From positions 1 to 5,689 of IMG/VR virus record IMGVR_UViG_2778260996_000001: 5,689 nt of DNA. One strand, written 5' to 3'. Below are positions 5,617 through 5,689 of this stretch, one piece after another; the stretch's first letter is position 1; each line of letters begins with the position of its first letter. The notes under the pieces were generated by a model, which saw only the letters and a program-made list of their open reading frames with translations, had not been told where the DNA came from and did not search any database. This DNA comes from a virus (taxonomy: Duplodnaviria; Heunggongvirae; Uroviricota; Caudoviricetes). The position numbers were made by a program, and so were the translations under genes.

Positions 5617-5689
5617 GCGTCGTCTCAGCACCGTCTGGCAGATCCTGAAATTCCTGAGAGAATAGTGGACACCAAATATGGTGGACGCT

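Noticed and set aside
4466-5631. Five ORFs antisense to or out of frame with terS/terL (76, 128, 68, 129, 71 aa)
   Set aside because: Embedded in confidently assigned terminase genes; Arg/Pro-rich translations characteristic of high-GC antisense frames.
5646-5672. Possible IS3-family terminal inverted repeat (TGAAATTCCTGAGAGAATAGTGGACAC) that could explain the TerL truncation
   Set aside because: The resemblance to the IS3 left end (TGA... AATAGTGGACAC) is from memory only and covers about 12 contiguous bases. The TerL stop (5614-5616) lies upstream of this putative boundary, and no transposase ORF is visible within the window. Recorded as a possibility to check, not called as a mobile element.
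1-5689. Searched for CRISPR arrays, tRNA/tmRNA genes and integrase/att sites
   Set aside because: No regularly spaced direct repeats with unique spacers, no tRNA-like acceptor/T-arm pattern, and no integrase-like ORF were found in this window.

Overview
This window reads as the late region of a mosaic lambdoid (enterobacterial) prophage, with all confident genes on the + strand except one small gene. Order: (i) the 3' end of an unidentified beta-rich protein gene (1-501); (ii) a phage-21-type lysis cassette: class II pinholin with dual start (651-866), SAR endolysin (866-1363), and Rz/Rz1 spanins with Rz1 embedded in the +1 frame (1360-1797 / 1559-1744), bracketed by intrinsic-terminator-like hairpins (587-615, 1838-1864); (iii) a compositionally distinct accessory stretch (about 1800-3600) carrying a Rha-family regulatory protein (2016-2564), a free-standing TonB C-terminal-domain lipoprotein with its own palindrome-bearing upstream region (2900-3226), and a convergent/minus-strand 66-aa basic ribbon-helix-helix-like protein (3358-3558); (iv) a packaging module: HNH endonuclease (3600-3965), a 290-bp non-coding candidate cos region with G8/C7 runs and five GTTAAC-containing repeats (3966-4255), terminase small subunit (4256-4819) and the N-terminal ATPase part of terminase large subunit (4816-5616), which stops prematurely before the window ends. 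No tRNA, rRNA or CRISPR array was seen. The most interesting candidate is the TonB-C lipoprotein, which I propose as a TonB-decoy superinfection-exclusion factor; this is a hypothesis, not a demonstrated function. All protein family calls come from reading the translations and recalling family signatures; no database search was run.
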